DNA from: an uncultured Porphyromonadaceae bacterium
GTDB taxonomy: Bacteria > Bacteroidota > Bacteroidia > Bacteroidales > Barnesiellaceae_A
Reading direction: 5' to 3'
NCBI GenBank assembly: GCA_937891845.1
Contig: CALATP010000064.1
Location: 14,567 to 78,566 of the forward strand
DNA length: 64,000 bases
Shown: in pieces, positions 1 through 9,715 of the stretch
Numbering within the stretch: the stretch's first letter is position 1
How the letters are laid out: every line of letters begins with the position of its first letter
The notes under the pieces: model-generated
Seen by the model: only the letters and a program-made list of their open reading frames with translations
Told to the model about the DNA's origin: nothing
Databases searched by the model: none
Made by a program: the position numbers and the translations under genes

Positions 1-27
1 ACTACTATTTTCATATATTATTCCTCT

Positions 28-1167
28 CTATTTATACAAGTTAGCGGCAATCACCATTCGTTGTACTTCGGATGTGCCTTCATAAATTTCAGTAATTTTA
101 GCGTCACGCATCATTCTTTCAACGGGATATTCGCGTGTGTAACCATATCCACCGTGGAATTGTACAGCCTTTGTTGTTACTTCCATAGCAGTCTCGGCAG
201 CAAACAATTTAGCCATAGCAGCGTCGGCCGAGTAGGGTATACCGCTATCTTTCTTAAACGCAGCAGAACGAACTAGCAAGCGAGCAGCCTCAACTTTGGT
301 CTTGAGGTCGGCCATTTGGAATTGTGTGTTTTGGAATTGACCGATGGCTTTGCCAAATTGTTTTCTTTCTTTGGTATACTTAACAGTCTCGTCCAAAGCT
401 CCTTGAGCAATACCAAGAGCTTGTGCGGCAATACCGATACGACCACCGTCGAGTGTCTTCATTGCGATGGGGAAACCACCACCAATCTTACCCAACAAGT
501 TTTCTTTGGGTATGCGGCAGTTGTTGAATATGAGTTCGGCTGTGGCTGAACCACGAATACCCATCTTCAACTCTTTCTTACCAATCTCAAAACCGGGAGT
601 GCCGGCCTCAACGATGAATGCCGATATACCTTTTGTCTTGAGGGACTTGTCGGTCATAGCAATTACGATATATACGTGGGCAGGGCCGGCATTGGTAATA
701 AAGATTTTGCTACCGTTGAGTACCCATTCTTCGCCATCGAGTACGGCTGTTGTTTGCTGACCGGCAGCGTCGGTACCGGCATTGGGCTCGGTGAGACCAA
801 AAGCACCAATCCATTCGCCCGAAGCCAACTTGGGAAGGTATTTCATTTTTTGTTCTTCTGTACCGTGTTCCATAATAGGAGCAACGCACAACGAAGTGTG
901 AGCCGATACAACTACACCGGTTGTAGCGCAGGCTCTAGAGAGTTCTTCTATTGCAATAGAGTACATCAGGTTGTCGCCACCTGCACCACCGTATTGAGCG
1001 GGAACAGGAATACCAAATATACCCAATTCAGCCATTTTCTTCACTGTCTCTGCGGGAAATCTTTCTTGTTCGTCAATTTCGGCAGCGAGGGGTTTTACCT
1101 CTTTTTCGGCAAACTCTCGTATCATTTGCCTGAACAGCTCTTGTGTTTTTGTTAGATTAAAATTCAT
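28..1167 (-). CDS. bcd: Short-chain acyl-CoA dehydrogenase (butyryl-CoA dehydrogenase type)
   Basis: 379-aa ORF. The N-terminus (MNFNLTKTQELFRQMIREFAEKEVKPLAAEIDE) and C-terminus (ITEIYEGTSEVQRMVIA) are typical of acyl-CoA dehydrogenases. It is the last full gene of a crt-hbd-bcd string. Confidence 0.9.
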   Translation of the reverse strand: MNFNLTKTQELFRQMIREFAEKEVKPLAAEIDEQERFPAETVKKMAELGIFGIPVPAQYGGAGGDNLMYSIAIEELSRACATTGVVVSAHTSLCVAPIMEHGTEEQKMKYLPKLASGEWIGAFGLTEPNAGTDAAGQQTTAVLDGEEWVLNGSKIFITNAGPAHVYIVIAMTDKSLKTKGISAFIVEAGTPGFEIGKKELKMGIRGSATAELIFNNCRIPKENLLGKIGGGFPIAMKTLDGGRIGIAAQALGIAQGALDETVKYTKERKQFGKAIGQFQNTQFQMADLKTKVEAARLLVRSAAFKKDSGIPYSADAAMAKLFAAETAMEVTTKAVQFHGGYGYTREYPVERMMRDAKITEIYEGTSEVQRMVIAANLYK

Positions 1168-1186
1168 ACTTTATTGTATTATACTA

Positions 1187-2026
1187 TTAGTATTTATAAA
1201 ATCCTTCTCCTGTTTTACGACCCAACAAGTTGGCTCTAACCATTTTTCTGAGCAAGGGATGAGGACGATATTTGTCATCGCCATACTCTTGGTGTAGAAC
1301 TTCCATAATGGCCAGACATACGTCGAGACCAATCAAGTCGCCCAATGCCAAAGGACCCATAGGATGGTTGGCACCGAGTTTCATTGCTTCGTCTATCTCA
1401 TCGCGAGTGGCAACACCGTCGGCCAATATACCGATACCCTCGTTGACAAGAGGAATGAGAATGCGGTTTACTACAAAACCGGGTGCTTCGTTGACCATTA
1501 CGGGTACTTTACCAATAGACTTGGCAAGATCGGAAATTGTGGTACATACGTCGTCCGATGTTTTTTGACCTTTGATGAGCTCTACAAGTTTCATCACGGG
1601 AGCCGGATTGAAGAAGTGCATACCAATCACGCGGTCGGGGCGGTTGGTTGCAGCGGCAATCTCGGTAATAGAGAGTGATGAGGTGTTAGACGCAAGAATA
1701 GTCTCGGGCTTGCATATCTCGTCGAGCATTTTGAACAACTCTTTTTTGAGTTCCATTGTCTCAACGGCAGCCTCAATGATGAGGTCTACATCGGCACAAG
1801 CGGCATAGTCGGTAGTGGGAGTAATGTTGGCAAGTGTTGCGTCCATATACTCTTGAGCTATTTTACCTTTCTCTACGAGCTTAGCCAATGATTTTGAAAT
1901 GCGGGCTATAGCTTTTTCGTTGCTAGCTTCGCTACGGCTTTTCATTACAACAGGTACACCTGCTTGAGCAAAAGCTTGTACAATTCCGGAACCCATTGTA
2001 CCGGTTCCAATAACGCATATTTTCAT
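1187..2026 (-). CDS. hbd: 3-hydroxybutyryl-CoA dehydrogenase
   Basis: 279-aa ORF with an N-terminal Rossmann motif ([23 protein letters not shown]) and a 3-hydroxyacyl-CoA dehydrogenase core ([24 protein letters not shown]). It sits 19 nt upstream of bcd. Confidence 0.9.
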   Translation of the reverse strand: MKICVIGTGTMGSGIVQAFAQAGVPVVMKSRSEASNEKAIARISKSLAKLVEKGKIAQEYMDATLANITPTTDYAACADVDLIIEAAVETMELKKELFKMLDEICKPETILASNTSSLSITEIAAATNRPDRVIGMHFFNPAPVMKLVELIKGQKTSDDVCTTISDLAKSIGKVPVMVNEAPGFVVNRILIPLVNEGIGILADGVATRDEIDEAMKLGANHPMGPLALGDLIGLDVCLAIMEVLHQEYGDDKYRPHPLLRKMVRANLLGRKTGEGFYKY

Positions 2027-2049
2027 ATTGTATAGTATGTAAGGTTAAA

Positions 2050-2829
2050 TTATTCGTTTCTAAACATTGCTTTACGCTTGCCAAGGAATGCCGCCATACC
2101 TTCTTTTTGGTCGGCAGTGGCAAAACATTCAGAGAAGTATTTGTTTTCCAACTCTATGGCATCGCACGCGTTGAGGTCGTAATTCTCATTGATACACTTT
2201 TTGGCTAGTCTCACTGCAATAGGAGCGCTTGTGAGGATGCTCTCGGCCATTGTAAGTGTTGCATCCAAGAGTTCTTCGGGCGCAACAACTTTATTGACAA
2301 GCCCTATGCGGAGAGCTTCATCGGCCATAATGCGATTGCCTGTGTATATGAGTTCTTTGGCAATACCTTGTCCTACCAACTTGCTCAGGCGATATGTTCC
2401 CGAAAAACCGGGAATGATGCCCAAGTTGACCTCGGGTTGGCCGAAGCTGGCTTTTTGTGAGGCAATGCGTATGTCGCACGCCATAGCAAGTTCACAACCG
2501 CCACCTAGAGCAAATCCGTTGACAGCAGCAATAACAGGAATGGGCAGGTCTTCAATTTTTTTGAATACTGTTGCACCGAACTTACCAAATTGGTATCCCT
2601 CTTCGGCATTGAGATTACTCATTTGGGCAATGTCGGCACCGGCTACAAAAGCTTTACCCTCACCGGTAATGATGAGTACACGAGTGGTATTTGTATCCAA
2701 CTCGTCGATAAAAGCGTTGAGCTCGCCCAAGATTGTGGTGTTGAGGGCGTTGAGCGTAGCCGGTGAAGATATGGTGAGTATACCAATGCCTTCGCGCGAA
2801 TTGTCGTATTTCAAGAATTGATATTCCAT
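2050..2829 (-). CDS. crt: Enoyl-CoA hydratase (crotonase)
   Basis: 259-aa ORF with crotonase-fold motifs ITGEGKAFVAGADI and AAVNGFALGGGCELAMACD. Confidence 0.85.
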   Translation of the reverse strand: MEYQFLKYDNSREGIGILTISSPATLNALNTTILGELNAFIDELDTNTTRVLIITGEGKAFVAGADIAQMSNLNAEEGYQFGKFGATVFKKIEDLPIPVIAAVNGFALGGGCELAMACDIRIASQKASFGQPEVNLGIIPGFSGTYRLSKLVGQGIAKELIYTGNRIMADEALRIGLVNKVVAPEELLDATLTMAESILTSAPIAVRLAKKCINENYDLNACDAIELENKYFSECFATADQKEGMAAFLGKRKAMFRNE

Positions 2830-2834
2830 AGCAA

Positions 2835-3494
2835 TTATTGTTTCATAGGCTTGAGATCGGGCGAAATGATGAGAGTGGCACCGGTAGCGGCTTGTACTTG
2901 TTCAACAGTAAATTCGGGGTGAATTTCACGAAGTACAATACCCTCGGGTGTAATGTCCATAACACCCATTTCGGTGATAATCATATTTACCTGACCGGCA
3001 GCAGTGAGGGGGAGATTACATTTTTTGAGAATTTTGTGATTGCCTTTGGCAGTGTGTTCCATTGTGAGGATAACCTTGCGAGCGCCTACGAGAAGGTCCA
3101 TCGCACCACCCATACCGGGAGCTTTCTTGCCGGGAATAATCCAGTTGGCAAGGTCGCCTTTTTCGTCGACTTCGAGCGCACCGAGGAATGTAACATCTAC
3201 GTGACCGCCTCTGATGAGGGCAAACGAGTCGCACGAACTGCAAGACCACGCACCGGGAACGGCAGTGATGTATCCGCCACCCGAGTTTACCAAGTCTTTG
3301 TCTTCTTCACCTTCTTTGGGTGTGGGACCCATACCTATCAAACCGTTTTCCGATTGTAGTATGACCGATACACCTTCGGGAAGGAAGTCGGGGATGAGTG
3401 TGGGCAATCCGATACCAAGATTTACAACATCACCATCGTGAAGTTCGAGAGCAGCACGACGTGCAATCACTTCTCTTATTTGATTTTTTTCCAT
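2835..3494 (-). CDS. atoA: Family I CoA-transferase subunit B (butyryl-CoA:acetoacetate type)
   Basis: 219-aa ORF containing the catalytic-glutamate SENG motif (VILQSENGLIGMGP) of 3-oxoacid CoA-transferase B subunits. The partner A subunit lies at 12104-12754. Confidence 0.85.
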   Translation of the reverse strand: MEKNQIREVIARRAALELHDGDVVNLGIGLPTLIPDFLPEGVSVILQSENGLIGMGPTPKEGEEDKDLVNSGGGYITAVPGAWSCSSCDSFALIRGGHVDVTFLGALEVDEKGDLANWIIPGKKAPGMGGAMDLLVGARKVILTMEHTAKGNHKILKKCNLPLTAAGQVNMIITEMGVMDITPEGIVLREIHPEFTVEQVQAATGATLIISPDLKPMKQ

Positions 3495-3503
3495 AGCGAT
3501 ATA

Positions 3504-4292
3504 TTATTTTGTATTTCTATTTACAATTTCTTGAGCAACAAACGAGATAACATCGTCGGCATAGGTATTGGCACCGAAACCAGCATCATAACCTAGCTCT
3601 TTGGCAAGTTCGTGTGAGATACGAGGACCACCGCACACAACAATCATCTTGTCACGAAGGCCTTCGGCCTCCATCAGTTCGATGAGGTTGGTGAGGTTCT
3701 GGATATGCACGTCTTTTTGTGTCACTGTTTGTGAAACGAGTATAGCATCGGCATTGAGTTCGATGGCCTTAGCCAAGAACTCTTCGTTGGGAACTTGACT
3801 ACCCAAGTTGTACGCTTCAACCATATCGTATCGTTCGAGCCCGTAGTGTCCGGCATAGCCTTTCATATTCATAATGGCATCGATACCCACAGTGTGTGCA
3901 TCGGTACCTGTACTGGCACCTACAACTATGAGTTTGCGACCGATGTTTTCTTTGATATACTCATCACATTCGTGCATATCCATTGTATTGCTCTCAACCT
4001 TTGGAACATATATGTTGGAGTAGTCGACAGTGTGAGTGAGGTTGCCGTAACAATTGAAGAATGTGAACCCGGGAGTCAACTCTTTGGCAAACGCAACAAG
4101 CGGATTTTCAAATCCCATTTTCTTCATAAGAAGTTTGGCAGCTTCTTCAGCTTCGGCACCAATGGGAACGGGAAGTGTAAAACTCACTTGTACCTTACCG
4201 TCGTTCATTGTGTCACCGTAAGGTTTTACTTTTGTCAAATCTAGTGTCTGGTCAAAATCTTTTGCCGACATCGAATATAGTCCGCCTGCCAT
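3504..4292 (-). CDS. kamE: Beta-lysine (D-lysine) 5,6-aminomutase beta subunit, B12-binding
   Basis: 262-aa ORF. Its C-terminal Rossmann-like domain carries the cobalamin DxHxxG motif (GTDAHTVGIDAI). It lies 2 nt after kamD. Confidence 0.85.
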   Translation of the reverse strand: MAGGLYSMSAKDFDQTLDLTKVKPYGDTMNDGKVQVSFTLPVPIGAEAEEAAKLLMKKMGFENPLVAFAKELTPGFTFFNCYGNLTHTVDYSNIYVPKVESNTMDMHECDEYIKENIGRKLIVVGASTGTDAHTVGIDAIMNMKGYAGHYGLERYDMVEAYNLGSQVPNEEFLAKAIELNADAILVSQTVTQKDVHIQNLTNLIELMEAEGLRDKMIVVCGGPRISHELAKELGYDAGFGANTYADDVISFVAQEIVNRNTK

Positions 4293-4294
4293 AA

Positions 4295-5848
4295 TTATTT
4301 CTTTCCTTTCATTAAGTTAATAAATGGGTTCATATAGTGAGTGCCTTTTTCAACAACGCCGTCAAGACCTTTACCACCTATGCGGCTTCTCTTAACATCG
4401 CCGAAGATACCTTTTTCAAGAGCGTTGAACAATCCTTCGGAAGTGAGCTGTTCGAGCAGTTCGATGGCTTTGTCAAGTACTTCTTTGGCACGGTTGCGTA
4501 TGATACCACCCTCTTTAAATTCCATTTCATCGCCAATGCTCTTCATATTGTTGAAGATATATTTGGCATTCTCAATCGAGAGGAAACGGTCGGACATAAA
4601 GGGAGTGTGTATGGCCTCTGTGGGCATACCGAGTAGTTGCAAGCCTTGGTTGGTCCATATACCTATCATATTGAAAAGGCAGTCTTGAAGATGACCTCGG
4701 AATATGTTTCCGGTCATAAATTTGGTGGGAGGCATATATTTGAGGGGGGCGTTGGGGAATATTTCACGAGCCATTTGTGCTTGCGCCAACTCGTAAAGGA
4801 AACCGTTTTCGAGCATAGGATCCATCTCAAAAGCGTGTCCCAGACCCATTTGTTCTTCGGGAAGACCGGCCAACAGAGCGAGTTGCTCGTTGATGAGGTC
4901 GGAGGCCAATACGGTGTGAGCAGCTTCAACAGCATCGGCCGTAGTGAGGTAGTTGTCCTCACCTGTATTGATTATCACACCTGCAAAGCCGTTGATAATT
5001 CTCGACATATATTGGTCGATGAGGGTACGTTGCATATTGATATCGCGGAAGAGAATGCCGTATAATGCATCGTTCAACATCACATCAAGACCTTCAAAAG
5101 CTCCCATAATGGCAATCTCGGGCATACACAATCCTGAGCAGTAGTTACATACTCTGATGTAACGACCCAACTCTTCGCCCACTTTGTCCATAGCTTCACG
5201 CATAATCTTGAAGTTGGCTTGTGTGGCGTATGTACCACCAAAACCTTCGGTAGTAACACCGTAGGGTACGTAGTCGAGTAGACTTTGACCGGTAGTACGT
5301 ATTACAGCAATAATATCGGCACCTTGACGAGCGGCAGCCTCGGCTTGTACAGTGTCTTCGTAAATATTACCTGTGGCAACGATTACATACAGATAGGGTT
5401 TGGGTCCTTCACCAATGGTGTTGAGGTAGTTCTCTCTCCTTTGACGACGAGCTCTTATCTTGGCAATGCTATTGTCGATGACAGGTTGCAATACCTTGTC
5501 AATCTCGGCTTGAGGAGCAACTTCGATTTGTGTTATGTCTAGTGTGCCATTGGCAACTTTCTCGGCTATTTCTTGAGGGGTAAGGCCGGTGTTGACCATT
5601 GCATTGGCCAAGAAGAACAAGGCACCTTCACCCAATACGCCTTTTGATTTGAGATTATCAACTATAACGTTGGGTAGGGGTACTTGATTTTCGTCTACTC
5701 CGTCAATTCCCATCAGTCGGCACAACGTACGCTCAACGGCTACTGTCGTTTTCGACTCAACAAAGGCCTGAACCTCATTGGCTATGTCTTTAGCCAAGTT
5801 TTTGGCGTGTTCTACCTTTTTAAAATCTAGTCCTAGTTTACTTTGCAT
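4295..5848 (-). CDS. kamD: Beta-lysine (D-lysine) 5,6-aminomutase alpha subunit
   Basis: 517-aa ORF whose size and overall sequence resemble KamD as I recall it. It is immediately followed by the B12-binding subunit and embedded in lysine-fermentation genes. Confidence 0.82.
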   Translation of the reverse strand: MQSKLGLDFKKVEHAKNLAKDIANEVQAFVESKTTVAVERTLCRLMGIDGVDENQVPLPNVIVDNLKSKGVLGEGALFFLANAMVNTGLTPQEIAEKVANGTLDITQIEVAPQAEIDKVLQPVIDNSIAKIRARRQRRENYLNTIGEGPKPYLYVIVATGNIYEDTVQAEAAARQGADIIAVIRTTGQSLLDYVPYGVTTEGFGGTYATQANFKIMREAMDKVGEELGRYIRVCNYCSGLCMPEIAIMGAFEGLDVMLNDALYGILFRDINMQRTLIDQYMSRIINGFAGVIINTGEDNYLTTADAVEAAHTVLASDLINEQLALLAGLPEEQMGLGHAFEMDPMLENGFLYELAQAQMAREIFPNAPLKYMPPTKFMTGNIFRGHLQDCLFNMIGIWTNQGLQLLGMPTEAIHTPFMSDRFLSIENAKYIFNNMKSIGDEMEFKEGGIIRNRAKEVLDKAIELLEQLTSEGLFNALEKGIFGDVKRSRIGGKGLDGVVEKGTHYMNPFINLMKGKK

Positions 5849-5859
5849 ATAATAGTTTG

Positions 5860-7206
5860 TTAGTTATTTAATTTACTTTTTGTGTATTCTATCCATAATG
5901 TATCGATACCCAGGCTTTGAGCAATGGCAATGGCTTCGTGTGGTACATCGCCACAATGAGTCTCTACCAATGTATAGTCCATTACTCCATCTTTGAGGCC
6001 TTTAACTTTGTATCGTTTTATTGTGTTGTTCTTTATATTATAATGTGTAGTGAGAATAAATCCGCCTTTGTTGTGGCTGATGACTTGCAACAAACCTTCT
6101 ACCAAGGCAGTGCCCTCTATGGGGTTGGTTGTCCTGGCCGGCTCGTCAATGAGTGCCAAGATGTTCTTGCCGGCTCTTATTCCTTGTATCACCTTGTTGA
6201 TGGCTAGTATTTCGGCGGCAAATGATGATATGCCTTTGGCAATGTTTTGTTCATCACCGATGCATAGTGCTATTTCTTCTACAACATTGATACAACATTC
6301 TTGTGCTGCAACTCCAAACCCGTATTGTGCCAGAAGTTGGTTGAGAGCCAATGTCTTGAGGGCAACACTTTTTCCACCCATATTGGCTCCTATGATGCAT
6401 ACAGCCTCATTGCCAAAACTGATGTCTACCGGCATATATTCTTTGCCTTGTTGCGACAGATAGTCTTTGACAGCAGGATTGAACATACCTTTATAATATG
6501 TATTGCCGTCTTGCGTGAAGGTGGGGATGCACAATCCCAATTGTTTTATTTGCTCGACTTGAGCAATGAGCAGGTCGAGAAGTGATAGATTGTGTAGTGC
6601 CTCTTGCAAGAGTGGAGCATATTGTTGTAGGGCTTGCGAGAGTTTTTCTCTTATTTCCAATTCTACGTCGGCACATTGTTGTTGCAGGGATGCCAATTGG
6701 AGGCGATGCTCCTCGGGGAGTTCGGCTCCATTTCCTTGCAGAGCTTTTACCTGTTTTCTCAACTCGCGTAGCGTGTCGCTATAAGAGTCATAGATGTAGA
6801 ATGATGGGATGTTGAGATTGTCGGGATCCAGTATTTCTACTACCTTGTGCAGTGTAGGAAGGTTTACGGCTGTAATGTGTTGCTCATTGAGTATGTGGCG
6901 TATCTCGTCGGATATAATGGCCAAGTGTTTTATCTCGAAAAACTCTATATCATCGAGTATTACACCATTGTCAAGACGGTTTATGGTGTTGTGTATATCT
7001 TTGATATACATCAATTTACCCATAATGGTCTTGTATTCTTTGTCGTATATGTCATTGAGCCGGCTGTGATGTGCCTCAATATGGCGGCGTGTAGTCATCA
7101 TAGTGCTGTCGAGTAGCAGCTTACGACCACAAGAAGATATGATGCACAAGTTGTCGTACATATATCTTATTCCACAATCTATGTCAAGAGCCGACTTAAA
7201 TGTCAT
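5860..7206 (-). CDS. MutS-domain-V-like ATPase lacking mismatch-recognition domains; probable lysine 5,6-aminomutase reactivase ATPase (KamC-like)
   Basis: 448-aa ORF with MutS-type Walker A (GANMGGKSV), Walker B region (LALIDEPARTTNP) and TTHY. There is no N-terminal mismatch-binding region. It overlaps the upstream ORF by 11 nt and lies between kamA and kamD. Confidence 0.65.
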   Translation of the reverse strand: MTFKSALDIDCGIRYMYDNLCIISSCGRKLLLDSTMMTTRRHIEAHHSRLNDIYDKEYKTIMGKLMYIKDIHNTINRLDNGVILDDIEFFEIKHLAIISDEIRHILNEQHITAVNLPTLHKVVEILDPDNLNIPSFYIYDSYSDTLRELRKQVKALQGNGAELPEEHRLQLASLQQQCADVELEIREKLSQALQQYAPLLQEALHNLSLLDLLIAQVEQIKQLGLCIPTFTQDGNTYYKGMFNPAVKDYLSQQGKEYMPVDISFGNEAVCIIGANMGGKSVALKTLALNQLLAQYGFGVAAQECCINVVEEIALCIGDEQNIAKGISSFAAEILAINKVIQGIRAGKNILALIDEPARTTNPIEGTALVEGLLQVISHNKGGFILTTHYNIKNNTIKRYKVKGLKDGVMDYTLVETHCGDVPHEAIAIAQSLGIDTLWIEYTKSKLNN

Positions 7207-8215
7207 AACTGTTTTTTACTATATCGTATACGGGAAGTTGTAATGCTTCCTCTAGTTTTCTGCATAATGTATCGCTATCCAATACGTATCCGTTGGGAGC
7301 GGTAGGGTTTACACAAACTGCAATGAGTTTGCTCTTTTGCATTACCGCAATCTTACCTCCGCGAGAGCAGAAGATGCGATAAACTGTTTCGTTTACAAAT
7401 ATCTTTGTAAAGTCTTTGACAACCAAGGAGATGTTTTTGATATTTTTTGAATTGGCAATGATATTCAATAGCTTATCGGTCAAAGCCCCGGCTGTGTAAA
7501 TAATTTTCATCCCTTGTGTTATATCTACGTCGAGCGTATTTATAGCAAGTGATGATGATAGTTGGAAGTCAACAGTGTTGCCATCCATATCGACACCCCA
7601 CACGCCATTCTCTATATCGAGAAGTTTGTTGCGGAGGTCATCTTGTAATAGTGGGAGAGCTATCATTTCCACTACAAATTTTGTTTTTTGTACGAGAGTG
7701 CTTATGTTGGAGGATAGAGCAGCACCGGTAGATAGTATCATCGCTTTGCTGATAGCGGGCGATGCCGAGCTTAATCGGGATATAGCCCCATCGATTATCG
7801 TGAGGTCGATGTCGAACTTTTTCAATCCGTTGCACCATCGTCTCAAGGATGCTCCTGATGAGGGCCCTGAAATGAGTGCTTTTCCACCTACTATAACTCG
7901 TGCTGTTACGATACGACCTAAAGAACATCTCTCGTCGGTAATCTCTACCAACTCACCGGTGAGTCGTCTCTCACGGTAGTGAGCCTCGGCGGTAGAGAAA
8001 TAGACTCCTTCTCTAAGGAATATCTCGGGTTTCTTGGTTGAGGTTACTTGGTCTTTGTTTTCACCATCAGTTCCTATCGAGGTTACCGCTACTCGCAGTT
8101 GTTGTAGCGGTAACCTTTCCAGGATGTAGTTTAGACACTCTGTCTTGCCTACATTTTTCTCCAGTCCTACAATCGAGAGACTGTCGTATTTGAGAATTTC
8201 TTTTATGAAAGGCAT
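7196..8215 (-). CDS. P-loop-like protein of the lysine operon; possible aminomutase reactivase partner (KamB-like)
   Basis: 339-aa ORF with an N-terminal deviant P-loop (VGLEKNVGKTE). It is translationally coupled (11-nt overlap) to the MutS-like ATPase. The functional call rests on context only. Confidence 0.5.
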   Translation of the reverse strand: MPFIKEILKYDSLSIVGLEKNVGKTECLNYILERLPLQQLRVAVTSIGTDGENKDQVTSTKKPEIFLREGVYFSTAEAHYRERRLTGELVEITDERCSLGRIVTARVIVGGKALISGPSSGASLRRWCNGLKKFDIDLTIIDGAISRLSSASPAISKAMILSTGAALSSNISTLVQKTKFVVEMIALPLLQDDLRNKLLDIENGVWGVDMDGNTVDFQLSSSLAINTLDVDITQGMKIIYTAGALTDKLLNIIANSKNIKNISLVVKDFTKIFVNETVYRIFCSRGGKIAVMQKSKLIAVCVNPTAPNGYVLDSDTLCRKLEEALQLPVYDIVKNSYDI

Positions 8216-8233
8216 AGACAGTTGTGGCTGTTT

Positions 8234-9484
8234 TTATTTCTTTGAACGTTCTTTACGACTGAGTACTGCCGGTTCGATGGTCATACCCTTACCTTCGAGA
8301 AGTGAAGATACGCCTTCGATACTTTGAGAACGATTTTCTTGACAATACTTGCAGTTACATTCGTTCTTGTAGTCGCTAGGCTCGGTGTATGTAGTGATAA
8401 CGCCTTCAAAGTTTCTCAATACTACCTTACCGGGGGCTTGCGATACTACGTATTGGGGCATAACGGGGGTTTTGCCACCGCCGCCGGGAGCATCAACAAC
8501 AAATGTGGGAACTGCATAGCCCGATGTGTGACCGCGCAAGCCTTCGATGATTTCAAGACCTTTAGAAACAGGGGTTCTGAAGTGTTCTATACCCATCGAT
8601 AGGTCGCATTGGTAGATGTAGTAGGGGCGTACTCTCATCTTGACCAATTCGTGCATAAGTTTCTTCATTGTGTGAACGCAGTCGTTGACACCTCTCAAAA
8701 GTACCGATTGGTTGCCCAAAGGAATACCGGCATTGGCTAGTTTGGCGCAAGCCTCTGTGGCTTCTTTGGTTACTTCTTGCGGGTGATTGAAGTGTGTGTT
8801 CAACCATATGGGGTGATATTTCTTGAGCATATTCACCAAATTGTCGGTGATACGTTGCGGACATACAACCGGAGTTCTAGAGCCCAAACGTACAATCTCG
8901 ACGTGAGGTATTTGACGTAGGCGAGAGATGATGTATTCCAATCGTTCGTCGCTTACCATAAGGGCATCGCCACCCGATAATAGTACATCACGTACTTGAG
9001 GTGTCTTGGCAATGTATTCGATAGCGCGGTCGATGCGGTCAACTGCACTCTCTGCATCTTTTTGACCGGCAAAGCGTCTTCTTGTACAGTGACGGCAATA
9101 CATTGAGCACATATCGGTTATAAGTAGCAATACGCGATCGGGATAACGGTGTGTCAGACCCGGTACGGGAGAGTCTTCATCTTCGTGCAAGGGGTCGAGC
9201 AGGTCGGCCGATGATTGGTATGTTTCTTTGGCTGTAGGAACAGCTTGCTTTCTTACCGGACAGTTGGGGTTGTTGGGGTCGATGAGACTAATATAATAAG
9301 GTGTAATAGCCATTCTCAATGTTTGAAGTGTCTTTTTTACACCTTCTTCTTCTTCGGGAGTGAGAGTGACATATTTTTTAAGGTCCTCAAGCGTCTCTAT
9401 TCTATTCTTTACTTGCCATTTCCAATCATTCCATTGTTCGTCGGTAACGTTGGGAAATAGCTCGTATCGTCTTGATTCGGTCAT
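8234..9484 (-). CDS. kamA: L-lysine 2,3-aminomutase (radical SAM)
   Basis: 416-aa ORF with the radical-SAM cluster motif CSMYCRHCTRR and a typical KamA N-terminus (WNDWKWQVKNRI). The length matches clostridial KamA. Confidence 0.92.
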   Translation of the reverse strand: MTESRRYELFPNVTDEQWNDWKWQVKNRIETLEDLKKYVTLTPEEEEGVKKTLQTLRMAITPYYISLIDPNNPNCPVRKQAVPTAKETYQSSADLLDPLHEDEDSPVPGLTHRYPDRVLLLITDMCSMYCRHCTRRRFAGQKDAESAVDRIDRAIEYIAKTPQVRDVLLSGGDALMVSDERLEYIISRLRQIPHVEIVRLGSRTPVVCPQRITDNLVNMLKKYHPIWLNTHFNHPQEVTKEATEACAKLANAGIPLGNQSVLLRGVNDCVHTMKKLMHELVKMRVRPYYIYQCDLSMGIEHFRTPVSKGLEIIEGLRGHTSGYAVPTFVVDAPGGGGKTPVMPQYVVSQAPGKVVLRNFEGVITTYTEPSDYKNECNCKYCQENRSQSIEGVSSLLEGKGMTIEPAVLSRKERSKK

Positions 9485-9638
9485 AATTGTTTTCTGTTTT
9501 TAGGTGTTTTTCTACTTGTTCTTCAATCTTTTGCGTGCAGAAATTTTGTTGTTGATGGGTTGCAACATTGTATATATCGGTGTGATTACACTCTCTAAGA
9601 TTGTGCTTGAAAAGTGTTACTTTTTTAAAACGTCAAAT

Positions 9639-9661
9639 CCGGTAGGGGATTTCCCCACCGG
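9639..9661 (-). terminator. Intra-operon hairpin between kdd and kamA (weak terminator or attenuator candidate)
   Basis: CCGGTAGGGGA/TTCCCCACCGG forms an inverted repeat in a 231-nt gap. On the minus strand the stem is followed by ATTTGACGTTTT, so the U-tract is not directly adjacent. Confidence 0.3.
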
Positions 9662-9715
9662 TTTGAGACGTTTGTGATATTATACGAACATTGTTTCGGT
9701 CAACAAAAAACGTTG

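Noticed and set aside
5860-7206. MutS-like gene considered as a DNA mismatch-repair or defence-system ATPase.
   Set aside because: It lacks mismatch-binding, connector and clamp regions and any nuclease or Smr domain. It is translationally coupled within the lysine aminomutase genes, so a cofactor or enzyme-reactivation role fits the context far better.
9641-9662. Short shared strings: AGGGGATTTCCC (also at about 22099-22110) and TCCCCACCGGTTT (also at about 46142-46154), considered as a REP-like dispersed element.
   Set aside because: The matches are only 12-13 nt. On the order of a hundred such coincidences are expected by chance among all position pairs in a 64-kb window, and the flanks do not align.
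9485-9715. Lysine (L-box) or cobalamin riboswitch in the kdd-kamA gap.
   Set aside because: I could not find the conserved L-box core strings or a B12-box on the minus strand. Only a simple hairpin is visible. An Infernal scan is needed before any RNA call.
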